Shown here piece after piece: positions 50,723 to 64,000 of a DNA stretch of 64,000 nucleotides (position 1 is the first letter of the stretch; every line of letters starts with the position of its first letter). Source of the DNA: Daphnia carinata (lineage: Eukaryota). The translations under genes were made by a program, and so were the position numbers. Where the stretch lies: the NCBI RefSeq assembly GCF_022539665.2, contig NC_081331.1:2170001-2234000 (forward strand). The letters are read 5' to 3'. Below the pieces are notes generated by a model that saw only the letters and a program-made list of their open reading frames with translations, had not been told where the DNA came from and did no database searches.

Positions 50723-53669
50723 CTACTGAGGCAGTTCGTTTAATGCAAACACTTCATTGACGTGCACCTGTTGTGAGGATCGAACGATTCCAATTGATTA
50801 CGTGGAACCAGTAATCGAGACAAAAATGATCATTAATATTAATAAATGGGTTTTTGAAATATGATTTTGGTCAATATAGACTTACGCGATCGTTGGAAGT
50901 ATTTTTTGGACAAACGGCATCATCATTGAGCTGTTCAGTAGACATTTGCACAGGACTTGTTACACAATTGAATGCTTTAACCAATAGGCTGACTAATGTT
51001 CCAATCGTAATGACGATGATCACACCAATGAACGTGTACCACAAATAGGAAATCCTTAGCAAAATAAAGGGTTCTTCCGGCCTAAAATAAACCATGTAAC
51101 CCCATGTAACCAGAGTTTACTTTTTTAACGCAACACCATACTCGTCAGAAAACGTAGAATTCAGGTGTAAGGAAGATGACGTTCCGTTAAAGGCAAGACA
51201 ATTATCAACGCTGAAAGGTTTCACTTGACTGTTTTGGACAATTCCACTGGATTTCGCAATCTGCGTGCTTAGCAAGAGCCATATCATCAATCCAAAGGTG
51301 GTTAACATGCCTACTCCAGCTCCCTTAATACAAAACGTAAACAGATGTAGGATATAGAGAACCATGAATCTACTTACGATGGAATTGGCACACGGAACAA
51401 AAATGCCAAGAGTAAACACGCCCAATATCGATCCAGCTACGGCGCCATCGAAACTCACTGTTGCCTGCATAAAAATGAAAGGCATTTGAGAGAAAACGTG
51501 TGGCCATTAAAAGGGAAATCGCGATTGAATTTCGTACGTCTAAAATGGTCTTCACTTGAGCTACCAGGAAAACCATGCTAAAGCTGAGGCCGCTAAATAG
51601 TAGGGACACTCCTTTAACAAGTCGAGTGGCCTTTTGATCACGTAAGTTTGGGAAGAAAGGCCGTACGAAATCTTCGTAAACGACAAGTGCCACCGCATTC
51701 AGGACGCTTGATATCGTGCTGGAGTAGAAATAGGGAAAGATAACCTTTAAACTCGTTTGTGGCGACATGTAGCGATCGTAGGTTGTGCTTGATCCGCTTA
51801 ATGGTAATTGTATTTGTGGACCTTAGCGCACCGCTTAAGACGCCGGCAACGAAGAGCCCTGGAAGTCCCGGATAATCACCAAGCACATCCATGACGTAAA
51901 ATGGAAGTATTTGGTCTGCTTTATCAATAATCTAATAGGGTACAACCATCTATTTACTAGACAAGTTAAGATAGTCAATATAAATTTGGTAATTACCTCA
52001 GAAGTTAACGGATCACAGTCGAAATAATGGGCGTACATGACGAGCCCGACGATACCGCAGAGGAAGATTATTCCGCATACGAAGGCCATGTTAATCCACA
52101 TTGATCTGTCATTTTTAAGGAATACGAAAATCATATTTCAACTGCAAAATTTAACATTTGTAAGGTAAAGGCGATTTACATTTGCGCAGTTCGTAATGTT
52201 GGCATGGCAAGTGAACGTTGGACAACAGTTTGATCCACTGCATACCAACTCAGCCAGTAAAATACGCCTCCAATCGAAAAAGACCACACCTGTTGGAATG
52301 TCAACACATTATTTGTTAACCGAGGCAAAGAAATGTTGATGGAATGTTTAACCGTATGCGGAGTCGTAGGATCCGTGTCAATGCTACGAATAATGGAATA
52401 AATTATATGCGAAAAAAAAAACTAAAACTATTGAAAACGCAAATACTTAAAAATTTCGATACGGGAGGAATTATAATTACGCTCCCAAACGATTCCTAGG
52501 CCATCGACATCTGTCACTCCTTTAATTATTAAGGTTATAATTGAGCCGAAGATCAATACAATTTGTAGAGTATCTGTCCAGACAACGGCTTTAATTCCAC
52601 CCTGTATAAACGGTTAATCCAGCGGTAGTATAGCCAATTTGATTTGTTCTTCTCTACGTACGATTGCTGTATAAAAGGTGCAGACGGCGAATAGAATGCT
52701 GACAGATATCAGTGCATTGATTCCAGTGACTAAAGAGAACAGGTACAGGTAAATTATAGCACCATGATAAACGCGAGAGCGCATTAAAAGCTATTCCCAC
52801 CTTGGCTGAGAGCTAACGAAGGTCCATAAGCCACAATTGAAAGATACAATAGCTAGTAAAAAAAAATATTCATAAATAAATATAAAATATGAGGCTTTAT
52901 TATGATGATGTTCGCTTTGTACCTGCTTTACTATGAAAAGAATTGAGGCGATGCGTCGGACGAAACGATTAAAGCGTATCTCTAAATACTGCCCGATAAA
53001 ACCTAGTAAACGATTTCACTTGGCACGAAGAAATTAAGGTACATGAACTTACCTGATTTGCTGATACAATTTGCAGTCGATGAAAAACAGGTAAGTAAAC
53101 GTAACTGGCAATCGGCGTGCATAAAGCCACGGAGAAAATAAACCACAAGTACATTGTGCCATTCATATACACGTCAGTTGGGCCACCGAGAAGTGTAGTC
53201 GCTGAAAAGGAACTGCAATAAACGAACGGGAAAATGTGAATTGATTAACTATTCCGCTTCCCAATAACCTTTAAATTTCAGAAAATGTCCATCCATCCAC
53301 ATTTCCGTTTAAACATTTCTCAACTCATACCTTCATTGGCCATTTGTGGCCAAATTTCACAAATAAGAATCCAACAATTTCATTATCGTCAACGTGTCCT
53401 GTTCTGTTCATAGTTTTGGGTTTCGGTCATCGTGCGATTCAAAACATAACACACACCAATGTAAACAACAACACATACCTGGCGGCAAGAGACAAAGCGA
53501 CAGGTAAAATGGGCATCTTCTTTCCACCCATTAGGTAGTCAGAAGTCGAACCGCTAGAGCCTCGCCAAGCGTGATAAATCCCAACTAACGAGGACACTAG
53601 CAGAGTCAAAGCAAAAAGAAGGTAATCGACCCAGGTGAAGAGTTTTGGCCATGAATTTGATATTGCCAT
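50723..53669 (-). CDS. SLC5 sodium:solute symporter (SMCT/SMVT-like), copy B (tandem paralog)
   Basis: Same motifs and exon layout as copy A: DYLLFALTLLVSSLVGIYHA, GGIKAVVWTDTLQI, YAVDQTVVQRS, DYPGLPGLFVAGVLSGAL|STISSVLNA, ISYLWYTFIG. Last exon (50723-50767) inferred from splice signals. Confidence 0.9.
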
Positions 53670-56600
53670 GGCTTTCGTGAATGTCGAAACTTCTGCTGCC
53701 GCAAATCAAAAATTAATTGTTTGAAAATATGTTTGTTAAGATGACGATAAGTTTTGTCATGAAGTACTATTTCATACCGTTCTTTACTGTTGCGAAGATC
53801 CTTTCTCTCCAATCTACCTTTGTTGACTGCCATGGATTTCCCGGACCCAGACCTCCGGCGTTTTCTGCCAAAGGTGCAGCTGCTCTTTGAGTTGTTCCAC
53901 TTATCAAAATTTTTCATCTCTCCACACATAGTCCAGCTTTTGAGTAACCTGGTCTCTATAGGTATGGATGTTTTCTCTGTCCTTTGCCATGGCCTATAAA
54001 TATTTTTGTAGTATAGTTGACCCATTTAGATCTTACAGAAACTACTCCAATCATTTCTTTTTACTAACCCTGACTAAGCTAATTACAATCAAAGTATGCA
54101 TGCAATAAAGACAGCAAAAAGGAATCACACTGGTTATACAATAATAATCGGGATTCAGCCAGGTCGAACACTGACTAACCTTTCGAATAAAAATTTCCAT
54201 ATCCAGAGTGCTGCGTTTGAAGCTATCCTCCAGAGTTGTGCATAATCCGTTATAGCCCATGGCGACAATGGCTATAAGTTATAAACACAGGTAGATCCAA
54301 CGAACGACTGACACTATGTTTACTTGGGCTTTCTTCGCTAGGGAGTGCCGCCACCTTTGGAGTTGGTTTTAAACGTTTCTTCTCCTATTTACGTCACTCT
54401 GTTGTGTAACAAGAGTTTAGGCGATGGACGGCTTTCCCATCGTAGAGGGAAACTAGTGACTTATTGGCTTCGTTACGTCCAACAGCCACGAAAGGAATGA
54501 AGATGACAAGTCGATTTCTCACCTGAATTTACGTAATCAGGTGGTAGAATCTTTAAGCTCGGCCAAGGAGTTTGTAGCAACTGGTAGTTACTGTTGTCAT
54601 ATCGTAACTGTGACACACCAGGTAGTGCTACTTGACTCACCAAAGTCAGCCGCCTTTATAATAAGCACAGCAAGACGAAAACTTTAAATGGTTTCTTGGA
54701 AACGCATCTATAGGCGCCAAAAATGAATTGCAAGTTCATAGCTGATAAGCATGAAGGTTGCTACGTGGGTAGTAAATTGCTACGTAAATTAAAAATAGTG
54801 TCTCGTCATCGCACAAAATGTCCACACCAGCAATGACTTCATGGTGTCCTTTTCGTTTTACAAAAGACAGCCATTTTTCTATAATGTAGCGTGAAAATGA
54901 ATAAAAAATAAGCTGGTTCCTAGTTCAATACGATTCAACACTAAAAAAATAATCAATATTTTAATGATTAAAACTTTGGCAAGGGATCCTTGAAGGTGCT
55001 ACTAGTCGAAATTTTTAGAGTGCGCTTTACTTGCTAAATTCGGGAAAAAGAAAACCCATATTAAAATCCAGCAAATGATGACGACCATCTCGATTACGTA
55101 CCAATGAAAAGTATGAATAGCTGATGAGCTTTGACGTGCATTTTTGTTTTCTCGCCAATTCGTATAAGATGCTTTTTTTTCCCTTTAAGGTGCGGTACTG
55201 TATGTGTACTTTCTATTTTGCCCTCATCTTCTACGTTTGTTATTGCGATTGTTTCAATAGTGAAGGGTTTTACTTTCTCTATCCTTTATTTTGGGGGGTC
55301 CGTGCTCGAGCTGTGAGGCCTGCTCTGGTAATTTGTGGGGTAATTAAATGGTGCGTATAGTTCACCCCCGTTCTATAGTAGATAGGGCTCGCTTTGTTTC
55401 TTTTCTCGCCTCCAAAAAGTCTCAACAAACAAGTCAGAATAGATATAGATAGACATATAGAGCCAGCCTTGTTGATGGCTGTCTGCTGAACGCACCAGAT
55501 TTAGAGCCTATAAGTTTTTTTCGGCTTGCTCTGTCGGTACATACAGACGGCCACTTTTTTTTCTTCATCTTTTCCTCCTCCCTTATTTATCCAAACCCAA
55601 AGATGTCGGTTCTTCTCCCTTTTTTTTAACTTTTTCTCCGTGTGTATACACATTCGAAGGCGCCGATACTTGTCAGCAATTACAGGCCGCTCTCTATAGT
55701 TCTTTTTCATGTAGTCTCTGTCCCGCTACATGTGTATACACACCTATATACAACAGAAAGAGTGGGAGGTTCCTCAGGGTCTTTTGTTTTCCTTTGATCT
55801 TCCTTTTTTTTTTTAGAGAGACTTGTCCGCTCACACTCTAGAACATCTCGATCCGCCTCCAAACCGCTTTTTCTTTTACCCTCCACCGGTAGAAACATAA
55901 AGCTTTTACACGTATGCTGCTGCGTCTAATATAGACTCCATATATACATATACCTCCCTGCTAGACTTTCTTTGAAAGCCGAGAGATAACGGCAAATACA
56001 CATCAAATGTAAAGAGTGTTTGTCGGCGCCCGCCGAGAAAAAGAAATGATCAAAGAAAATGCAGCCCTTTTTTTTGACTCGTGCTACGAGCGGCTCGCGC
56101 TATATAGCTGCAATAGGTGGTACTTCATCAACACTCAATTATATAGCGGTGTCTTACTGTATCTATATAGGTCTTTCTATTGTTTCTTTCTCTACAAGGA
56201 GACATCCTATACGGAGTGTCTGGGTAAACTGTCTTAAAAGTTGATTGGTAGAGGTCTAAATATACATGTAGAAATCGAATTGAAAGGGACGAAAAAAAAA
56301 AAAACCAAATTGGCTATGAATGTTAAAAAAAAAAAATTCAATGTTGGACGATGAGTAACAAAAAAAGAATGATTTCGTCGGGAAGGATCAACGAAAGAGG
56401 TCGTTAGATGTGCGTCTCGACGGCGGCAGAGTTATATTGTTTGGTCGCGTCGGATGAATTTTTTTTTCTTTTTCCAGCTAAGGTAAAGTCAGTGAGGATG
56501 CGGTTGTTTTTACATAGGTAGATGCATGTAAAAAAGGGGAAAAAAAGAATGAAGAAAAATAAAGGACTTGCGCGCTCTATTGCGGTCCTGTCATTACCAG

Positions 56601-59600
56601 CCGATATAGTCCACCACGTTCGGCCTGTAATTTACTCCGAACTGGTCAAATTGTTATTACCTACAAAAAAAAAAGAGGAGGATTCGTTTTTCTTTTTCAT
56701 TCTTACAGTTGAAAAGGCCCAGCGTGACACAGCGTCGCCGCCGCCATACGAAAGGTACACAACAAAAAAAGGGGCAAAAACAACAGATATGTGTAAAGAA
56801 TGATGAAGATTTCACCTGCTGTTAGTCTAAAGACTTTCAGACACACATGTTCACAGACATTTCAAACCTGACAGCAGATGATGATTCTCCCTTTTTTCTT
56901 TCTTTTCATGAAAATCTTTTGCTTTGACCTGTACATTCAACAGTCATTCAGTAACCCTCTCCCCTTATGTTTCTGTGTTCCAGTAGCTAGTGAAAAGACA
57001 ACATCGTGGGAAGCGTTTTTTCTTTTCTTTAGCGTACAGTTAACTGTTAATATTATCCAACGCACCACTTGAAATCGTTCAAAAGGGAAAGGCACTCTTT
57101 GATTTTTAGCATTGATGATCCCTGTGAATTATGGGCGTTTTGAATATTCCCTTTACCCCGAGTGCCGCTATTTTGGAATTTATAGACCCAGCCGCTCCAC
57201 GAAACATTGGCAACATTCTGCAGTCAGTCTAACAAAGATGAATCGGTTGACTTTGTCTTTATTTTTGGAACGAGAAAAGAAACATACCTCAACACGCTAA
57301 TCATCAATCGCAACAAGTCACGTTTGGCTTCATCGTGCCGGTAGGTAACAATCATCCTTTTCTCTTTAATGACATTGACTTATCGACATGCTTTGAAAAA
57401 AAAAGAAAAACAATTGAATAGTTCTCCATCTGTAGTTGGTTTACTGCGCTCGGTGTATTTTATTAAGTCCAGCGCAGCGGTTTTAACTTAACTAGGCCTA
57501 AAGCTATTGAATTTGTACAAGGAAATATAGGCTTAGTGTATTAATAGACATCTTGCGCCTCTCTCAGCCTCTTCTTTTTTTAACCGCCGCCAAAGCCGTC
57601 TTTTGAGACCCAATAAGTTCAAGTGAAAAAAAAATCTATTGCTCCTCTCTGTTTCTTTTAAAACACGAAAAAATGAAAAAAAGGGAGGGGGGGTAAATTT
57701 AAAGGGTATATCGTCTAGCAGAGCAGAGTCCAACATCGACGGCAAGTATTAGTTTTCTCTTTTATTTAAAGGAAAATAAGGGAGGGAAAAAAACATTGTG
57801 CAATGTGATTAAATGAACTAGCACGAAACGGTTGAACTCGTATAACCATTTGACCCCACGCGCGGGAGTTTATACAGAGCGCACTATAAAACTGTAGATA
57901 CCTATTTTTATATCCATATGGGCAGTTGTATGTGTGTATATAAGTATATATAGTTGTATACGAATGATAGGGAATGATCGCGAGCCACGTAAGATATTGA
58001 CCCCTCTTATAGAGAATCTATCTTTTAATCTTCTCACCCCTCATCATCTCTCCCCTCTCTGGTTGGCTTTCTCTCTCTCCACATAAAAAGAAGAAAATAG
58101 CTCTAGGTTCATCCCCTTAAATCGGTTTGATCACGATATCTTTCACCATGATGCAGTTCACGATAGACCCGTATCAGAACCCCCTTTTGAAACCTGTATA
58201 CAATAAGATCTATAAAGTCAGCTCGCGATAAAGGCAATGAATTTCCTTTTTCCTTAACTGATACATAACAAAATGGTAAACAATTGTCCGTACAGGCCTA
58301 GGCTTATGTGGTGGAGCCATAAAATCTTGCGCAATTTCTACACAGTTCCAAGAGTAATTCATTTGCTTTATAGCGCAGAGGGAAAGCCAAGCTAGACGGC
58401 CACCTTTGTTTGAGGCCACTTTGTTATGCTAAATGGAAGGTCAACTTACAAGTTATCAATGACAGATTTATTCAATCTAAAAAAAAAAATAATTGTGGCT
58501 TCTTTGGTTACTTTTTTCATCCCCTTTTGTGCAACCAATAACAATACGAGCATAGGCCTAGATATAGACTTTTCTGCCCGTTAAACAGATGGTTAGCTTT
58601 TGACTCTTGACACACGGCAGTGAAAAGGAATACGTAATCTCTCTAGTTGTATTCATCGCCATCATTGTGGTGCTCTGCCATGACATTGGCAGTCAGTTAA
58701 CAATAGAGCTGCTGATGATACACTTTATCTTAAAAGGGAGAGAATAAAAAATGGAACGGCATACTGTGCTCTTGTTGCTTTTTCCTGGCAGACTCTGTTG
58801 TCCGCCGTCAGCAGCTAATCAAGCTGGAACATGTCACCATATAGGCAATCTCTCTTCACATCCCTATCCCCCCATTCTGTTGTGGTAGCCTTGTCAGGGC
58901 AGACTTGCATAATAGTGTAGACCCCCTCTTTACGTGGTTTGACAAGCACGGCTGGAAATTATTCATCCGCAATTCATCTGTTGGCTAAAAAACCAGTTGG
59001 GACACATTTTTTTCTGATCCTTTTATGAAAAAATAACCATCATCCTTGCATTGATATTAATTTATAGAATCATCATCGTGACATTGTAGATAGAGTTACG
59101 TTGCATGTGTTAATAACCTCGTTAAACTCCCGTCTTTCTGGCCTAGTTACTAGGAGAACAAAATAACGAGGGACCTCATTTTGTCATCTGAGAATATCTA
59201 TTTGATATTGGCTAATACTTACTGCGAATGACCAGCTGCTCATTACAGAAATGCTGGGCAATCGTTACAGAATCAGATGACTGACGTGGAAAAATAGCCG
59301 GAAACAAGGAAACAGGGCGTGCATCGTGGTGTTCCATGGAATCGTAGGCCTGCACTGGTTTCCGATTTCATCTGCAGGTGTACAAACACATCCAGCGGAT
59401 GACACCGTCAACAGATTATTTCACCACCGTCGCAGTGGTTAGAAGCTTTTAATGCTATCCTGTTTACTCGTAACTCGCTAGAACGCCAATGAAGGCCGAA
59501 AATAGAAAGAAACAATCCGGATAGCAAAGAAGAAGTTTGTTACTGTGCTTTACAGTGAACCTTGCATATATTTAAGCAGAAACGAAAAAGGCAAATACAT

Positions 59601-62600
59601 TCCCGCATAGCCTGTCAAACGTATTATTGAGTTTTTAATAGTAATACACCGTAATGATACATTTAGATACACCGTAAGAACTGCCAGTGAAAAACCATTC
59701 CGTCTGGAATCATAATAATTTGGTTTTTTAGTTGGTTGAAAATTCATTTTGTGTTACGGGATGATATACGCACGACGTCGTCTTTGACGTAGATGATTAA
59801 ACTTGATTTCTTATAACAGGCCCCACCCTTTATTCGGGAATGTTACGTGGCATTAGCGAGAAGCTTCATCATCATCATGGGTTTGTTTTTGTATACCTTT
59901 AAAAGCCTCGGCCCGCCCTGAAGCAAAGCGCCATTTTTTTTTTCCTCTTCTAAAAGCCACAACGTAATGAGAAGGAAAGTTTTTGTTATTCCATTCATTG
60001 CCTTTTTGTTGTCTATGGTCTGATTATATGCACGCTCAGAAGATGAAACGATACAGTTTCGCTATAGAATCTCGAAAATTAGATTGACCTCAGCGCCATT
60101 TCGTCTACCTTTCAAATGAAAAAAAAAGTTAACGACTGTGATTATCATTCGTGAGCCAATAAATGTAAAGAACTATTTTTCTACCTCATCTTTTGATGAC
60201 TATTCATTTTCGCCTGCAATTTCTATAACGCATAGAGAGTTAACTCACAGTCATGGCATGTTTTTCAATAATTTCAGCCCTTGTCTGTGGTTTTCCATGC
60301 AGCTATATACCTGGCGGTTTGGTTTGATTCTTTACTTCACTCTGCAGCACGATAATGTTTTCCCTCAAGAAAAAAAAATACATTTAGTTGGCCAAAAAGA
60401 AATACGGTAAACTAGTTATACAATGTCAGTTGAAATGAAGGGGAGAAAAAGAAACGATTGACAGAGAGATGATGATAATCATTAGACTAAAGAAGGAATA
60501 AAAGGGCTTGTAACTCCGTAAATCTTTAGGACAAACCGCGAGACACTCCTTCGTTTTCTTGTTCAGTCATGACACTTCATTAGAAACTGCGAATATTTTC
60601 GTGGGTGGTCCTTCTACTCAATGGACGGCATTCTTGGCTCTATACCAACGATAGGATTCCGTCAAAAACAAGAGATCGGTGAAGCATTTATTAAGATTGC
60701 CTTCCTGATGGATATCAGAGCATCATGCAAACAACGATCTAGTAACAAGGAATATTTAAATAACGATATCTCGCGTCACTATAAGTCACGTCCCTTGCCA
60801 CGACAAACCAAAATAGGACAAACCCTGCTGTTTTTACGTTTGAAACTCTTCTTATCTCTCTTTCCTTCTTCGTTGAACATTGCCGAACTCTCGACAGAAA
60901 GTTTCCTCCCATCTCGTCAAGACCGCAGCAGAGTGACAAGCAGCGATGTGCCCTTTTTTTGCTTATAGATTATCACCATCATTTCTAAAAATGTCTAAGT
61001 CTACTCATTCACTGCAGGTTAACTATATTAGCATATCCATTCGTGTATCCCTATTGGAGTTACTAAAGACACCATCTTTAAAAGATTCAAACTTTGAAAA
61101 GGGGTGTATACATCCTAGATATCTAATGAATATCATGCAAATGTATAGACAAATGCAATTCATATTCGAATTGCTGGAAGAAACTTGAGTCAAGACAATA
61201 CAGTTGAATTACGGATATATTTAATAACGGGTTTCGTGCGTACGTTCCAATCGAGAAGGTTATCATTCATTCGATTCGTAAGAAAAAAAAAACAGGATAA
61301 ATACGAAAAAAGAAACAGAAAAATAAACGAATAGAAAGAGAGAGAGAAAACGAGAAATTCATTACTAGAACGGACTGTTGTGTGTATATCCGTTCTAAAC
61401 CAGGAGGGAAAAAAAATCGGGGTGTGTCTCCAGGACTGGTGAAGTTGGATGATGGAGCAGCAGATGATGATGGGCAGGACGAGCAATGTCCTTTTTTGGA
61501 GGGGAAGTTGCTGCATGATCCCACTGATGTATAGGCTATCCCCAACGAGGAGGGGAATCTATCGAGGACCATTGAAGATGGATCAGCAGAGACTCTTGTA
61601 CAAGAGTTCTCCGTGGATACGTTCGAAAACTTGGCAGTCGTTCAAAACATGCTATTCTACCGAAGGGGTTTCTTATTGGATTTGTTTTGCGGGCTATAAA
61701 AGTATAGACGGAAGCTATTGGAGACATTAGACTATCATAGCAAAAACAAAAAAAACCATGTACCTATGGGCTGCTTGTATTGATCCAGTCCGGTATATAG
61801 GTCTAGGAAAGAATTAAAGGCAATGGAAGAAAATGGTTAGGACCGGTAGGCGTGGCTGTTCTATAGTCGTTCGGTCCTTTAAAAAGAAAAGGGGGAAAGC
61901 AATAAATACATGTTAGTATTTATTTTCAAACATCGTGCGTGCCAATAAAAAGGCTGGTCACGCAAAATGCGATCGACTCGTCTAACGTGCGTACGTAAAT
62001 GTAACAACTGGTGTTGCAGTTCACGCTAAATTTGCATGCGGGAGTACTGCCGATGGTCCATCGTGTCGACTGTCTTTTTAACGAGTCCCTTTATTCTACT
62101 GTCACGTAAAATGCGATCGATGAGGAGCTTTCATTAATGTGGTGAATTTGGTGGCAAGTCCCATTTTTTCTTGTGTTGCCTTCTGAAAAAAACAAACGGA
62201 GAAACACAAAAACTTGGTTTAATTAAAATGGCGTTAAAATGAAATGACACATCAAACGTGAGATTATGGTGGGGTTTTGTCTCGTCGTCCAGACGGCGAA
62301 GAAACCTTTTAAAATAGATGTGACTGAGCGCTCGCTGACGACTGATTTCCAGATGTCCTAGGCCTAACCAGAAAATTCTGGTCACAAAGGATTTTGTTTC
62401 ATTCGACGCGGACTACAACAGAGGGTAGGGTGCCCTTTTCCATAGTTTCTTTTTCTTTTTTGTATCCACCTGACAGTTTCGAAAACGTTTCGTTCTGATT
62501 CCAGTTAGAAAAACGATGGGAGAGGTATAGAAAAAGTCCCATAGTTGGTCATTTTCCACACTATATGGCCTGTGGCAGAACCCTTGCAAAAGAAAACGTA

Positions 62601-64000
62601 ATTGCGATGTGACAGTGTTGCGAGTTTAATTCATTTGGAAATTTGTGTAAATTACAACAGCGATTTAGCACGTGGAAATCTGAAGACGGAGTGGGGTGAA
62701 GCCGACGTCATTTCTGTTCTCGCCATAGGAATTTCGTAAGGGCCTTATTCTAATGAGAGACGAAAAAAATGGTACACTTTTATTGTTTTAAAGTTAAAGA
62801 CAATAGAAAAGCGAATGATGGAAACGGTCTTCTCTTTACAACAGGATTTTTATGGAGTGGAACACTGATGGAGAATGGGAAGTCGGCGGAGATGGAAGGC
62901 CGGATGCACAAGACGCATACGCCATAAGTCTAATACGCACAGACATAATCAAAACTTACAACTAGTAGTTTTCTTTTTTATGTTAAGAAAAAAATATATG
63001 TAGGCATCCGCCTATTTCATTCTTTTCTAGTTGGATAAAAAAAAACAGAATCTGCCCAGCAAACATGAATTCTACCATGGAAATACATTAATAAGTTTTA
63101 AAGTCTCTTTCTCTCTATAGTTACACGTCAATATAAACTTCCGACAATCAACTTTTTCCTTTTTTACTTTGGCTTTATAGCGTCGGTGTACCCATTTTCA
63201 CGGATGCATCATGTCCTTTGTGTGTGAACATTCACGTCGGGAGGGTCACGTTCATCTTTGTTTCTCATTGGGTTTAACGTGGCCTCACGTATTAAGGTCT
63301 ATGGGAACGAAATATAAAAAGAACCCAACAAGAGACTTTCGAAATAAGCCAACGCACTTAGAAAACATCCTATTCAAAACGCTCAAAATTTTTTATCGGG
63401 ACTTATTTCACGTTAGATTGCGTGATTACTTGCGATGTCGCTTTTTTGATCAATAAACAACATGAAAAAGAAGAAACAAAACTTCGCTGGCTGTATTATC
63501 TACTGGCGGCGGGAGGGAGGACTCCTCCCTCAACTTTTTTTTTTCTGTTCCAAAACAAAAAGTTCTTTTTCCTTTTTTGATCCAAAATATAGATTATCTT
63601 TTTTCGTATAATAAATTTTCTTTTTTGTTCTTCTCCTCTCTAGCTGTCCCACCCCTTTTTTTAGGGCGAAGGAAATACGAAAGAATGCGTAGCAAAAGAG
63701 ACAGAGAAAAAGTACACGCACGCGGAAATCACGAACGACAACGACGTAAAAGGGGGAAAAAGAAGAGGACTATTTTTTTCTTTCTTTTTGTTAATCACGT
63801 GAGTGCGTATGGCTTTTTTTCGTGCCGCTATCGTTCGTCCATGCCGTTTGCTATCTCGAGCCCAGACTTGTTTTTCTTTTCTTTTTTTTTTTTTTTTTTT
63901 ACCTACACCGTAGGATATAGCGAGAGAGGGTGGGCAAGAAAAAACAAAACAAAAAAAGATGGCGTCGCCGACGCTTACGATTGGCCAGCGCACCTGAAAA

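Noticed and set aside
47077..53669. SLC5 pair as aromatic-acid importers belonging to the CoQ cluster
   Set aside because: More than 40 kb away with many unrelated genes between; substrate cannot be read from sequence.
58501..58510. TCTTTGGTTA matching the 5' end of miR-9
   Set aside because: Only 10 nt match; the rest of the mature sequence and the hairpin are absent.

Overview
Gene-dense animal genomic DNA with many short introns (mostly ~55-90 nt). An arthropod, probably a Daphnia-like crustacean, is inferred from gene content and intron size. In order, the window holds: the last exon of a COQ3 paralog (+), COQ10 (-), HPDL (-), a second COQ3 (+), a CUB/LDLa single-pass membrane protein (-), Mcr/TEP6 (-), TSG101 (+), RpL9 (-), LARP1 (+), an ARHGAP1/RhoGAP68F-like gene (-), a DUF4470-like/MYND-finger gene (+), two tandem OLA1 copies (-) separated by a palindromic foldback-like repeat, a tRNA-fragment-rich repeat, two tandem SLC5 symporters (-), and ~10 kb of non-coding DNA. 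The main finding is a compact cluster of four coenzyme Q genes (COQ3-COQ10-HPDL-COQ3) in under 5.8 kb, with HPDL and COQ3 head-to-head. Also notable: a U2-like AT-AC intron kept in both OLA1 copies, an Mcr that retains thioester Cys/Gln, and LARP1 divergent from a TOP-motif ribosomal protein gene. Exon boundaries were read by eye and are approximate; no database searches were run.
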